Shown here piece by piece: positions 15,001-28,100 of a stretch of 64,000 nt of DNA. Position 1 is the first letter of the stretch. Every line of letters starts with the position of its first letter. Source of the DNA: Podarcis liolepis. Taxonomy: Eukaryota. The stretch lies in the NCBI GenBank assembly GCA_965112155.1, contig OZ218098.1; one strand, written 5' to 3'. The position numbers and the translations under genes were made by a program. The notes under the pieces were generated by a model, which searched no databases, was not told the origin of the DNA, and was given only the letters and a program-made list of their open reading frames with translations.

Positions 15001-18000
15001 TAGAGAGAGCGAGCAGTATTTGAAAAGTGAAAATGGCCCATTGAAAAAGAAACTTTGGGTTGGGGAAGGTGGATTATTCCAACTGGATTACAGAGAAGCA
15101 AAGAAGTTGCATTATACCCCTGGACCAAGCTGGAGAAGAAAAAAATAAGTTTGAACCACTTATGAAATCAGATTTCCGGCTTATTGTCATTTGCTGTTAA
15201 CGAGCTCACGCACATTGCCCAATCATTCCTCCCCTGGTGTAACTGGTAAAAAGGAGCTGCAACTAAGGCTGGTTTCCCATTCTATTAAACCAGGGGTTAG
15301 TGGCTTGTTGTTCCTCAGCAAGCCAGAAACAAGCCATGACTTTGGTTGTTGGCTTGTGCTCATGGCTCATCAGGGAGCAAGAAGCCACAAACCCTGGTTG
15401 GGATTGTAATGGGAAGCCAAGCTTCACTGTGGCTTCCAGGTCTGTTTATCCTACTTGAACCAACCAAGGACCAAATTGGGAGTGATCAGACATCACTGCT
15501 TGTTCATAATAAATCACAGCAAGCCAGGAAGGAAGTGGGCGTCACGCATGAATGCAGCCTGTGTGTCTTCTGTGGAAGAAAGGACATGGCTAGGCAGGAC
15601 ACTTTACCAGCCAAGAGTTCTGATATGGCAGGCATGCTCAACAACTTTGACCTGAAGCCCCCAAAAGGGGGTAGATCACTGCCAGTTTTTAACTCTGTGA
15701 GTAGATCGCAGTCTCTTGGAAGTTTGCCACCCCTGTGAAATGGCATATGAGTGATCCCTTCGAAGGCTGAAAATCATTAGAAAATCTTTCTACTTGCACA
15801 GCCTGGTGTAAGAGGCTCTTGTTTTAAAATCACTGCAGACAAAGTACTGACAGTTCCCACTGAAATCTCTATGGGTTTTAGTGACTGGTGTATGTCGCAC
15901 TGAAACATTTTTTTCTGTTATACCTTCCTGGGTCTGTGGAGCATGATGCAGCAGCACCAGAAAATGGCATTCTCAACTCCCTGTCTGGGCCTAGCACTGT
16001 CACTCCCCGCAGTTACATCAGATTTCCCTGGCTGGCTTCTAATTTTCTTAGCTAATTAGGCAAATGGAAGAGCTTTTCATCAGCTGTGTTGTCCTTATAT
16101 CACTTCACTGCCGAGTCTGCCCTGGTCAGCAGCAAATAGATGAACAAGCTCAGCAACATGAAAAGGCAAGAGACAGGTTTCCATGTGCGGGATAAGATAA
16201 TATAACCTATATCCTCCTAATTACCATGTTGCATGGGGGTCTGCAGCTTGACTTTAAAGAAACTGAACCTGTTTGTTGACTGAAATAGGGGGAGCGCAAT
16301 AAGGAATGTTCCACCCAGTTCCACCAGTCACAACAAAGGACACTTTGTCAGTATCTCATCATACATGCTAGTTTTCTTATTGGATATCTCAAGATGTTGC
16401 ATCTTTGCAAAAGTGTTAATAATGCAATTGTCAAGAAGATCCTGATTTATATAAGGCTGGTACACTGCTTATCATGGAATATTTCACTGATCATGGCTAG
16501 GATTCCAGAGGAGCCTAAGGGTACAATCCAGATCTATATAACGTTAAGAGTGAACCTACTGTAGAAGCATCCCCACCATGTTTTGGACAGACATGTGGTC
16601 TTCTCTCCTGGGGAAAACCCTTCTTGTTGCATCTTTGCACAACCAGTGACATCACTTATTTATTTGTTCCTGCCCAAAAGGCTTTTTCAACATTTCAAAG
16701 AAATAATTCCACTTGTTTGCTTTAAAAGAAGGGGCAAATGTACAATTAATTGAAAATGGGGCTTTAAAATTAAAAAGTAGCTAGGCCACCTATATGAAGC
16801 ATTAGGGTGAGGAACAAAACAGGAGGCAATTATGTGAGAAAAACCTGCAGCAGCTCTTGATTTGTATGCTATTCTATGATTGCCTGTAGGCTCAAGGCAT
16901 CCCTAGTTTGATCCTCTGAGAAGAACAAGGATGATTGGCTGCATGCATGTACAGGACTAGACAGACATTCATCCATTCAACTTGTCTTGTCCTTAACGTC
17001 ATCAAGTCCTCAGTGCCTGATATTTTCTAAGGATCCCAACGCTCAGAGACATTGACAACTATCACAATGAATGTGCAGAATCTGCCATTTGCAGACTCTT
17101 GTGAAGTTAAGCACAGCCACCATGTTGCCCACAAGGGAACAGTGAAACTGAGAGGTTTATGACAGCCCTGTATTTAAGCACTCACCTGGTACTCATTGGA
17201 GACAATGAATGGTATACAGATGAGTGAGCAGAATGGGGGGGGGGCGGCGAGGAAGATAGGGGACAAAGTGTGCCTACCATAGGAACGGAGAAGGCCATTG
17301 AAAGAGGGTTGGAACTCTCTATCCCTCCTCTGCTAGCCCCAGATGACTAGAAAACAGTTCTGCAGGCTGGTAACTTCAGTTCACAGATTTACAAGGCTGG
17401 CTTATGCCAAGAATTCAAGAATGCAAGATAAATGAATGTACTGTACTGGTGCCGCCTGATAAAGGGAAACCAGTCTTCAGGCTTGTAAACAGCCACATAC
17501 CTGGTCTCCTGTGGCAAGCACGAATCTCCTCCAGGAAACCAAGCAGGAAAGCTTGACAAAACGTGGTCCTTTTCTCTAAAATTACATGTGGGCAGACAGG
17601 CGTTTGTGGGCTTGTTTCAAGTTTGCCAGTCTCCTGCCTCTTGATAGTACTTCTTCACACGCTTCTGACATTTGCTGGCTGAGTGAGGGCAGACTGTCTG
17701 CCACTCTGTCTGGGAACAGCTCCTGACCACTTTGGCATTCTCTCTCCCACCTAATTTTTGCTTGGACGCTGTGTGATCGAGAAATTGTCTTCCTGCTGTT
17801 TCCCAGGCCCCTTTCTGCCAAGGAGCACCTCCCTAATGAAGCCTTTGGGGCTTGAGCTGCTCTGCCTGATACGCTGCTGAGTTTCTTCCATCCTCCTCCC
17901 TCTAGCATCTCTGGCTGCCTGGCACAAGCCCCTCTGGTGCTTGGAAAAGACAGAATTAGCCCAGAGAACACAGCAAGCGAGGCAAGCATTAAATTTTCAT

Positions 18001-21000
18001 CGTTTCTCAGTAGTAGGGCAGGTTGAGGAGGGAGGATGTTTGCTGTGTGTGCCCAGCTTAGCTGTCACAAGGCACCAGGGCAGGAAGAGCAAGCTCACTC
18101 TCGGCTCCCCAAAATGAGCCAGAAGCTTTTCAAAGGGCAAGAACAAAATAACTAAACAGGTTTTGCTGCTCATGGGAAAAACAACTACTCATCTGAGAGC
18201 AAATTCTATTGAAAATCAATGGCACTTGCTTCAAAGTAAATATGTTTAGAGCTGGGTCACTAGCTACAGACTCGTATAACTGCATGTCTGCACCATCCAT
18301 CTGCAACGAGACAGTGCAGTGCTATAAACATGCCCAGAATCCCTCACAAATTAGCCCCTGGAAGATGACACAATAAATTAATAATCCCTTCAGTTCTGGT
18401 AGGGGATGAGAAGACTTGTTTTTCTTAACATAAGAAAAAGCTTGCCTGGCAGGTTACCCTTGCAGACTTTCCCTCTTCTACACAACTATAAAAGGAAGAG
18501 AAGCCTCCTTTTCTACCACCCTAATCAGAAATGGCAGCCTCCAAATGGAACCAACATACAGTGGTACCTCGGGTTAAGTACTTAATTAGTTCTGGAGGTC
18601 CGTTCTTAACCTGAAACTGTTCTTAACCTGAAGCACCACTTTAGCTAATGGGGGCCTCCTGCTGCCGCCGCAGCACGATTTCTGTTCTCATCTTAAAGCA
18701 AAGTTCGTAACTTGAGGTACTTATTTCTGGGTTAGCAGAGTCTGTAACCTGAAGCATCTGTAACCCAAAGTACCACTGTATTACACGAGAACTGTAAAAC
18801 TTTCCTTTTTGGGCTGACATTCAACAGCCATAGCTAAGCAGGTGGGAGGCAATTTTCATCTGCAGGGGATACCTTTATTTTTTAAAAAATGAATCATTGG
18901 TGTCCTCTGCCCTGAGCCCTTGAGAAGGAGAAGGCTAGAAATAAAAACAAATTGAGAAGCCAAGGCCAAGTTCCCAGTCCAGATTGAGCCCCAGGACTCA
19001 GTCTGTCACAAAGTGAAGCAGGAAAATGCCCTAACAGCTCCAAATAGTTTGCTCAAGAAGACCCTAACTTCAAAGGGTAGTGTGTCCACCAAGCCTCCAC
19101 AATGCCCCACTTGGTTGAGTGTATACTAAGATCACAATCACCACTTCCTTCTTCATTCATTGAGGTATATGCATGGTTTTCAAAGATGTATCAAGTAACC
19201 ACACTACCCTTGTGGGCAGCATGATCTAGAATCAATCTAAATTGAAAACAGCAGGCTGAAAACAAGTATGAATGATTCAGAGTTGAGAAAAACTACACAT
19301 TTTGTGTTACAAATGGATTAGTGTACATACAGCCTACCTTCTCTCATCTATCTTTGTAGGCTTCTGGAACCTGAAAATGCCAATTCATTCCTACGAAATG
19401 TCCCTTTTCACACCTATCACTTTATGTGAATATTTTTAAAATAAATGCTCTTCAATCATACTTTTGATGTTCTCAATGGTAACGTCTTCTGGTCTTGTTT
19501 TATTCCCTCTTTCGTTCTAATACACATCCCCCCTTCTCCAATTCCTAATAAATTAAGCACCCTTCTTCTCTATAACATTGTTTTGTTTCCTCCATTAGGG
19601 CACTTTATACTCAAGGAACTCTCTCAGCAGCATCTTAATGTTGGAGCTTTTTGGCAGAGTCTCAAGCAGCCCTGGGCAGTTAATTACCTGAATAATGTAA
19701 CATAACTTCTGTGAAGAAGGCACTCTCAAGCAGGCAACTGGAAACTGGCACGTAGCTAGTACAACTTGGTGTTTCCCAAACAGTTGTTAGGAAATCACCA
19801 CCACCTTCAACACACAGATTAAATCACCTGACAGCATGCTTGTGAGCGCTCCTCTTCTACAGCCTACGAAGGTGCAAAATTTGGCTCAGACGCTTAATAC
19901 CAAACATACAAAGCTGCCTTGCACAGGCTCAGACCATTTTCCATCTAGGTCAGCATTGTCTAGCCTAGTAGGCACTCACTGGGATTTTAGATAGGCATGT
20001 TTCTCAGCCCTACCTGGAGAAGTCAGGCATTGAACTCAGCTTCTGCACACAAATCACATGTGTGTTCTACCACTGAGCTGTCTCCCATGTACACTGCTGC
20101 TTCAGTGACTAGGACTCCAGAGAAATGGGCAATAGGATTTTTATCCCCGGTATACAAGCGTCTCCTTGCAGTAAAGCCTGCATATGCGGATGAGTAGAGA
20201 ATCCTCAGCTACGAATGACACAAACAAAGGGGCAAAAAGAAAAAGGAAGGATGAGGGTATAAAAGCAAAGAGACAGCTTTAGCACAGACTACTTATGAGC
20301 TCAATTCATAGCCAGCCCAGCAGCAGTGTTTATAGTTTGTCTGCCAAGTCTGTGCTCTGGGGATATAACTCATTTTCACTCATTTTTAAAGGCCATTTGA
20401 GATGAATGTTTGCAAACATATGAAGCGCAGCGAGAGTTCAGAGGTTTCACAATCAACAAACAGGATACGGTCTCCTTGCATTTTAAATATCTTCAGGCTG
20501 GTTCATGTTTCCGTTCTTGCATGGGGGATGCTTCCAAGTGGTTAAAGGTCTTCTGTTGCAGAAGCAATGTTTGTATGCGAGAACCATGTGGGGTGCATAG
20601 GTGCCGTGGCTGTTTTCCATGCCAAGCCCATGCTGCCCCATCCTGGGAGCCTCCTGACCTCTTGGGTTCCTGTACAGGTATCACTGGTGTTTCATGGGAC
20701 CTGGCCATGCAAAAGAAGCTCCCATAGCAACTCACAAGGATTTGTCCTGTAATCAACAATGCCTCACTCAAATAGTTAAGCTCTCTGCATCCTTTTCTAA
20801 TAGCTTTGGGGCAGAGACAGTATTTCAGCATCTTAAAAAAAGAAGCTGGAGAGTTGCGGAAGAGGGAACTGAAGTCCCCTCATTTTTCAACAGTGAAGTT
20901 AATAACTAAACTATATATCACTTTGCTCCTAGCAACAATCTGTTGCATGGCAGTGTGTACAAATGTCGGAAAACTGATAGCTCCTTCATCTGAATTTTCA

Positions 21001-24000
21001 CTGCTGGACAAATGCAGTCCAGAACAGGCTTTCTACAAATTAGCTTTTACAGTGGTACCTCCAGTTACGAACTTAATTTGTTGTGGAGGTCCATTCTTAA
21101 CTGGAAACCGTACTTAACATGAGGCTCGCTTTCACTAATGGGGCCTCCCACTGCTGCCATGCGACTTCCGCTTGCCTCCCAGGGCAAAGTTCGCAACCAG
21201 GAGCATCTACTTCTGGGTTAACGGAGCTCGTTACCCAAAGTGTTCGTAAGGAGGATGGTATGTAACCTGAGGTTCCACTGTATTCAAGTTTCACATACGC
21301 AGCTTTATATGTCTTATATACAAAGTATACAAATACTGAAAATGGATTTGCACAGAACCTTTGCATCCAACATTACACAAAAATGGTGGGCTAGCAGACA
21401 CTTGTTCTCAGCCTGATTTATCTGCAGGGCTGCTGTAAGCCTAAAATGCCGCTCTGGACATGTTATGAGTAGGACAGGTTACAGTTGTAGTAAACAAGTG
21501 AACTTTTAAAATACTCTTGCAGCATTCTGAACGAAGCCTGGGTTATAGTTGGCTTAACATTGTTCTAATCTTGTTCGCTTTCCATCTCTGTTCCTTGGAG
21601 TGGAGGAGAAGTCTCTCCACCTGGCTAAACACACTGCTTAGATTTCTTAGGGATTCTAGGTAAATCCAGTTGCTTCTGCCACATACATATTAGAAAGCTT
21701 CTGACATGATTAAAGCATGAAGTGGATGCATTAGCAAAAGGTTTCTTAGCCTAGTGGAAGACCCCAGCGGAGTGCTGGCTTCAGCAGCACATTTACTAAA
21801 ATTGGAACGATACAGGAAACGCCCCACCTGAACCATGTTGTGACACGCTAGGCAGGAAAAGGAGATTTAAGGTGATGAAAAGAAGATTCATTTTTAGAAC
21901 AGCAGAGGCGTGGGCACAATATTCATCTCATCCCCCCTTTTTATATAAATTTCACTTTGCAGGTAAGGAAAAAGTTATGATTTATTAAAATGTTTATTTC
22001 ATCACATATTTTCATTTAAAGTAAAATACCCAAGCTGGCTGACAACATAATTTTAAAAAGAGAGAGAGAGAAATTAGAAGAAACTAAAAATGCTTTCCCC
22101 ACCTACGCAGGGATCGGAACATAGATCTGTGGATTAAGTCTTATAATCAACAAACAAATAATATACACAAAGGCATGTAGTATATATACAAGGTGGTTCA
22201 AGGTCTGTCTTCTTTCCTTTAACATTTTACAACTGCTCAGACCAGCTAATACCTCCGCAATGGCTGCACAGGTTTTTTGTTTTTTTAAATGTTTTGAAAT
22301 GCTCTCAGGAAGCGATTGTACATCATAAAGTGCAGTTACTTTCTGGCGAATTGTAAAGAGAAAAATGTGCCTTCCACTATCTTCCTACAGGCAGGCACGT
22401 TCTCTCCCTTGCCCCCCTTACAATGTCATTGTTAGGCTCCCAAAGGGATTGAATCTTGATAGATTAATAAACAAGATGCACTAACTTTATTATTATAACT
22501 AATACCTTGGGGTTACAAGACCAACATTACACATCAATCCTGGCATGCATATAGTTCAGGAATTTAAAACCTCTAGTATTCAAGAAACTGGGATGTGTGT
22601 AAATAAAACACATTTCTGCTTGATATGTGATACAGAGTTGGGATTGACTGTTTTGCCTGTAGATTAATGACAGCATTTCTCAGCTGCGGTGATAACACAA
22701 ATGTGTTGTAAGTCACACAACTTTTGTCTTCTCTGAAATCTCTGATAGGTTTCCCAAGATGTCACATAATCTGTAGGCTGCCAAAGAAACAGGCTGCATT
22801 GCAGCAGGGGAGCTGGACGTGCTACCAAAGGCATGCAAGATGACGGAAACAATGTGGCGTGGTATTAGGAGTGCTAGGTCCCAGTGAAATGCCATGGCAT
22901 GCATCTATTCAATGTAACTGGATTAAATTCCACTCTAAGGTTGAATAATTCTTCAGAGCCTACAATCTTCTAGGTGAAAGGCAAGTATAATGTCATTATT
23001 CATGTCTTTAGCATGCTCTTCAAACCTTATTGTGATTTGTCATTTGTTGCGTATTGACACAATGAAAGAAGCCACTGTGCCAACCTTGCACTTTGAGGGT
23101 GAAGCTCCCATTAGGCCCTGTGCGCTCTGTTACCTGAGAGCTCATTGATGGAAGTGGTTCAGCTGAAGCCTGGTTATGAAAAATAACATGCTAAACTAGG
23201 GATAGGGAACCTGTGGACACCAAAGATGTTGTAGGGACTCCAAATCCCATCAATCCCAGTCAATATGGCCAATGTTCATGGATGACTGGAGCTATAGCCC
23301 AGCAACGTCTGAGGGACCACATGTTTCCCATCCCTGAACCAAACCTTCTGCCATTAAAAAGTACAACTTGGAGAGTAACTGTTTAAAGAGACGATGAGGT
23401 TAGGCAAGGTGTTGGAGGAACAGAGAGGGGAAAGCTGTAGCTCACTGGCAGAGCATCTGCCTTGCATGAAGATCCCAGGGTCAATTCCTGACATCTCTAG
23501 GTAGGGCTGGAAGAGACTTGTGGCTGAAAGCATGGAGAGCTGCTGCCAGCCAATGCAGACAATACTGAGGCAGATGGGTGAATTGGTCTGACTCTGCACA
23601 AGGGAGCTTCCTGAAAGCAAACTGCTCATAAGGAACCATGACCATGAGAAGTTTCGGTTTCAACATAAACGTAAGACCCCAAATTTGAAAGGGGCTATTC
23701 TGCTCCACCATTCTAAGATTTCATCTAGAATACTGCATTCACTTCAAGGTGCCAACATTAAAGAAGATGCTAAGAAACTGGAGAGATTAATGGGAATGGT
23801 ATGGGGTAGATAAAATGTCTCAAAAGGTAGTTCAGATGAAGAAAAAGTATGTAAGGGACTGGGTGTGTTTTGCTCATGGGAAATGATTTTAAAAGTAGTA
23901 TAGCAGGTTTTTATTACACCTGCAGAACGCAGATGAAGAAGTGTAAACAAGTCACGGGAAAGTAGCTGAAGAAAAACCTAGCAAAATGTCTCCAAATCAC

Positions 24001-25044
24001 TACCCATTACGAGAAGGAAGATGCATTGCAAGGGCTTCCTCCCACCAGGTTGCCCAAACACCTTCCTCCATTATCTTCCTCATATTTTCAACTTTCTGAC
24101 TGTACCTCTCCCACACACACCAGTAAAAGGGCTCAGGAAAAGAAGGTGGACAGAGACTCAAAGATGGGCAGACTTTCATAACTGAGTGCATTGCACTGCA
24201 TTCAAGAGAAAGGCAACATGCAGCCACTAGCCTCCTATGTGCCACTGCAGCTTGTGCATTTATTAAAATCCAGGCAATCTCAACCTTCGTTTTCACAAAT
24301 GTACCCTTCTGGACAGCATGCCTGCACAGGTATATTTTGAGTATGTGATGGAAAACACTCTGGTGGCACTTGTAATGCTGAACAAATATCCCACTCTTGG
24401 CAGGAGTGCAAGAGATGAAATGTGGGCAACGCTGATTGACACAGGTGTAACATGACACTGAAAAGATGCTTGCTAGCTACTGTGTGGGGGAGTGATTTAA
24501 AACAGAAGAGTTTGGCTCAGCCAGGAAATGATTGAGTAGGTTAAGGGTCAGGCATGCCTTGGCTTAGGTGCAAAGCAGAAAAGAATACTGTCCGTGGGTT
24601 CTTTGCTTCCCATCACTGCTTTACATGCGCTGTCTTAAATCAATGCAGGAGAGAATGTGATGCTATCACTACTAAGCATCTCTTCTTGTGGCTTTTAGCA
24701 ACAGTGGGGAAGGACTGATCTCTGCGCAAATTTGTATAGTCATTAGATGAAAGATGATCTACCAATGTTACTTATTTCCTTAAAAGACTGGAGAGCATTA
24801 AAAGGGCGGGGGGAACTAATGTGTCTTTATTATTTGTCACAGGACACTGAGGAGACAATAAGGTCCGTGAATTATAGATAAGAGGTGATAAATAATAAAT
24901 ATCACTAAAGCATAAATATAGAGAGAATGGTCTTTATTTGATGAGATTTTCTTTTAACCAAAGCTAGTGCCAAGGTATTTGTCAGACAATATTTTGTACT
25001 CTTAGAAAATCCAATTGGGTAGTGAGCAGCTTGTCTCTCTATTT

Positions 25045-25127
<83 letters not shown>

Positions 25128-28100
25128 CTACTGAATAGACAAATCCCAAGAGGAACTGTATGTATGTATCAGAGGAAGTTATTGCAAGGAACCCGAAGCT
25201 TTGCTTCCCAATAGTGATATGTAAGGGTTTTGCCAAATTTTGCTGACACTTTGCCGATTTCCACCCGGACACTGCTTGCGGCTGCAGTATTCTATATATG
25301 TCCAGGAAATTCCAGATGTATGGCAACCCTATGATATGTTTGGGAGAAACAAGCCACGAGTGCCAATTTGAATACCGTGGTTAATGGCCAGTGTTATAGC
25401 CAAATGCTGTCAAATATTCAACATGCATGTTTACTTGGAAGTAAATGCTACTGTGGGTGAGGGTGGGTGGGGGTTATTTCCTAGTACACTTATTCAGGAT
25501 TGCAGCCTGGAAATAGCCATTTTAATCCAACTAGAAAAGTTGCTTTCTATCACTTGCTCACTGATTGAGAGGCAAACCAGTTTGTTGCCACAGCCAAAGA
25601 AATAGCAATATGTATTAAGGCTCATGGCCTTGACTTTGCAAAATGGCTTTGCAGATAGAAGCAAGTTGCCTCCTGCGGCCCTGGTAGGACGAGAAGCAGG
25701 GGAAACAATCCTTTCAAAAACAATCACACACACATTTTCCAAGCCTAGTAACTGTCCTTATGTTTTCCACATCCAAGCTCCCAACTGCTCTCCTTTTTTG
25801 CCAAGCTCATATCAGCTTGTCCAGAAATGCCATTTATACAAATTGCTCTGCCTGTAATTCTCCAGTCTACTTGCAGTTGAAGTTAACTGCTGATTTCATC
25901 CGGGAGACAAAGCAGTAGTAAAAGAACAGAGCAGACTGTGGTCAGCACCAATACGAGTCTTTCTTCCCTCAGTGAGCTACAACATCATGGAGCTTACAGT
26001 TATTGAAGGCCGCGTGGAAGCAACGGTTTGTAGGGAAATGGGACGTTTTCCAGATTTGCCACGGTGACCTAACTATTAGCAAATAAATTCTACAAAGCCA
26101 CACATACAAAAGCTGTGTGAATGCCATGGTAAGCAGTCTATAAACCACCAAGGCCCCAGATCAGTCATTCGTTTTGCCAGAGAGGCCATTGTGAAAAGGG
26201 AGTAAGAGATGTTGGGCCAAAGCCACAAGTGGCCTACTGACTAGGCTTCTTGCCACATATGTTGTCCCTTCCACATGCCTCTTTTTACCTCTGAGCTGGC
26301 AACTTGTGGGATGCTTCTGTCACATCTATCTGATTTGGCCCAATGGCCTCCAACTGCTCAGCCTCTTCAGATTAGCACTTTTTGGCTGCTTGTGTGTGTA
26401 AAAGTCTGTGTTGCAAGCAGCCTACCCACAGGAGCAATTTAATGTCTCATGGAACTCTTGCTGGAAACTAATCTGCAGACCTGTAGCTAAAATAATTACC
26501 ATATGATTTTCATGAAGAAGAATGTGATGCCAACCCACAGCAATTATGCTGAACTTCTGCCACAACATTCCACAACCATTCTCTTAAGCAAGACTGCCGG
26601 GGGTGGAGAAGGTGGAATTGAATCAGTCCTTGAGTGGAAATTATATTGAAGCATCTGTTTCGAAAACATGGTCGATGTAGGGTTGCCAAATTACCTGAGT
26701 GGAAAGACGGCCTGGTCTCCTCTTGCTCCTTTAATTGCAACCTCAAATGCAAGAATTAACAGAAGAATCTTCTCATATGATGGCATCAGCATATCATCAA
26801 ATGGCTGGTTCAGAAGGTGACAATTCTACTGGTGATTATTTAGGAGTTTCTTTGCCTTTCTTTAAGCATTGGTCTTCCAAGAGGAGCAGTACCATCTCAC
26901 AAACATAAGGTAAAAAGAATGAAAAAGTGGGTTCCCAAATGCAGGTTTGGGCTTAAGTTGGACCCCAAGCCTAAGAGAATGCAGTTAGCGGTGCTGCTAG
27001 CATTACATTGTCACCTAGTGACTGCAATGTAGACGAAGAGCAAGGTGAAAAAGCACTGACATTGTCTGCTAAATGAATCTGTACCCCAAGAGAAGAAAGA
27101 CAACTATATTGGTTGTTTTTGTACAAGTTCTTCAAGGCCCTCAGCCTAGATGAACCTGCAAAATCAATATATGTGGTTGCCTTCCTGCTCTGGAAATCTT
27201 ATTCACAACAGGAGCCTTTCCTGAAGGATTAACAGTTTTAGGGTATAAGCCTTGTGATACAGTCAAAGTTTCCTCTGTGGAGGTTGTATGGAATACCATC
27301 TGTCAATTTTCTAACTTTTACAGTAGCAATTAAATCTATTCTGTAAGACGAATAAGACATCAGAGATGGAGGCTTTAAGAAAACTTTGTTTTCAAATGGC
27401 AGGAATTCACATCTGAGAGTTGAGAATTAGATTAGACTAATTCACAGGAAACAAAACAGGTGCTGGCAAGCTACTGAATCCTGAGTTGCTGAATCCATCT
27501 TTGTAAAAAAAGAGACTTCAAAGTCCTCAATATTATGCTATGTGAAGTAATTTAAGTAAAGACAATTTAAATCACCAAGAAAAGAAAGCACCTTGAATTA
27601 AGTAATTGATTTAACTGTTATTAATGCCTTAAACAAAACCGCTTACTAATTGCTCAACATAATCCTGCCTAATTTTCAAAAGAAATTCAAGGCAGCTAAC
27701 AAATTCAAACATCACTCAGTACTGTATTAAAATACATCTCAGCACCCATTCCTAGCCCAAACCATAAGACCAGAACTAAACTACAACAATAATTTCCAAG
27801 GCAGGCATCAAAACTAAAATATCAGAAACAAATCAGTCCTCCTCCTAAGCATGCTATCCCTCCACACTTTCTACAATCTATCATCTCTTGATAAATTTCC
27901 TGCTGCTTCAGTTGTTCATCTTCAGCAAATCCATTGACATGATGCATATTGTTTCTTCCAGATCTCTCTCGTGATAAGGTAGACTCAAGTCCATGAAAGC
28001 TTATGTCATAATAAATGTGTTAGTTGTTTTTGCTGAAACAGACTCAGAGGGCCCCCTTCTAGAAATTGTTATAACAATTTAGCTTCACCATAAGTACCGC

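Noticed and set aside
15504-15746. ORF with a faint GST C-terminal flavour ([15 protein letters not shown])
   Set aside because: The resemblance is too short, and no companion exons were found.
24000-24458. 152-aa intronic ORF
   Set aside because: No ATG start, no domain, composition like random intron.
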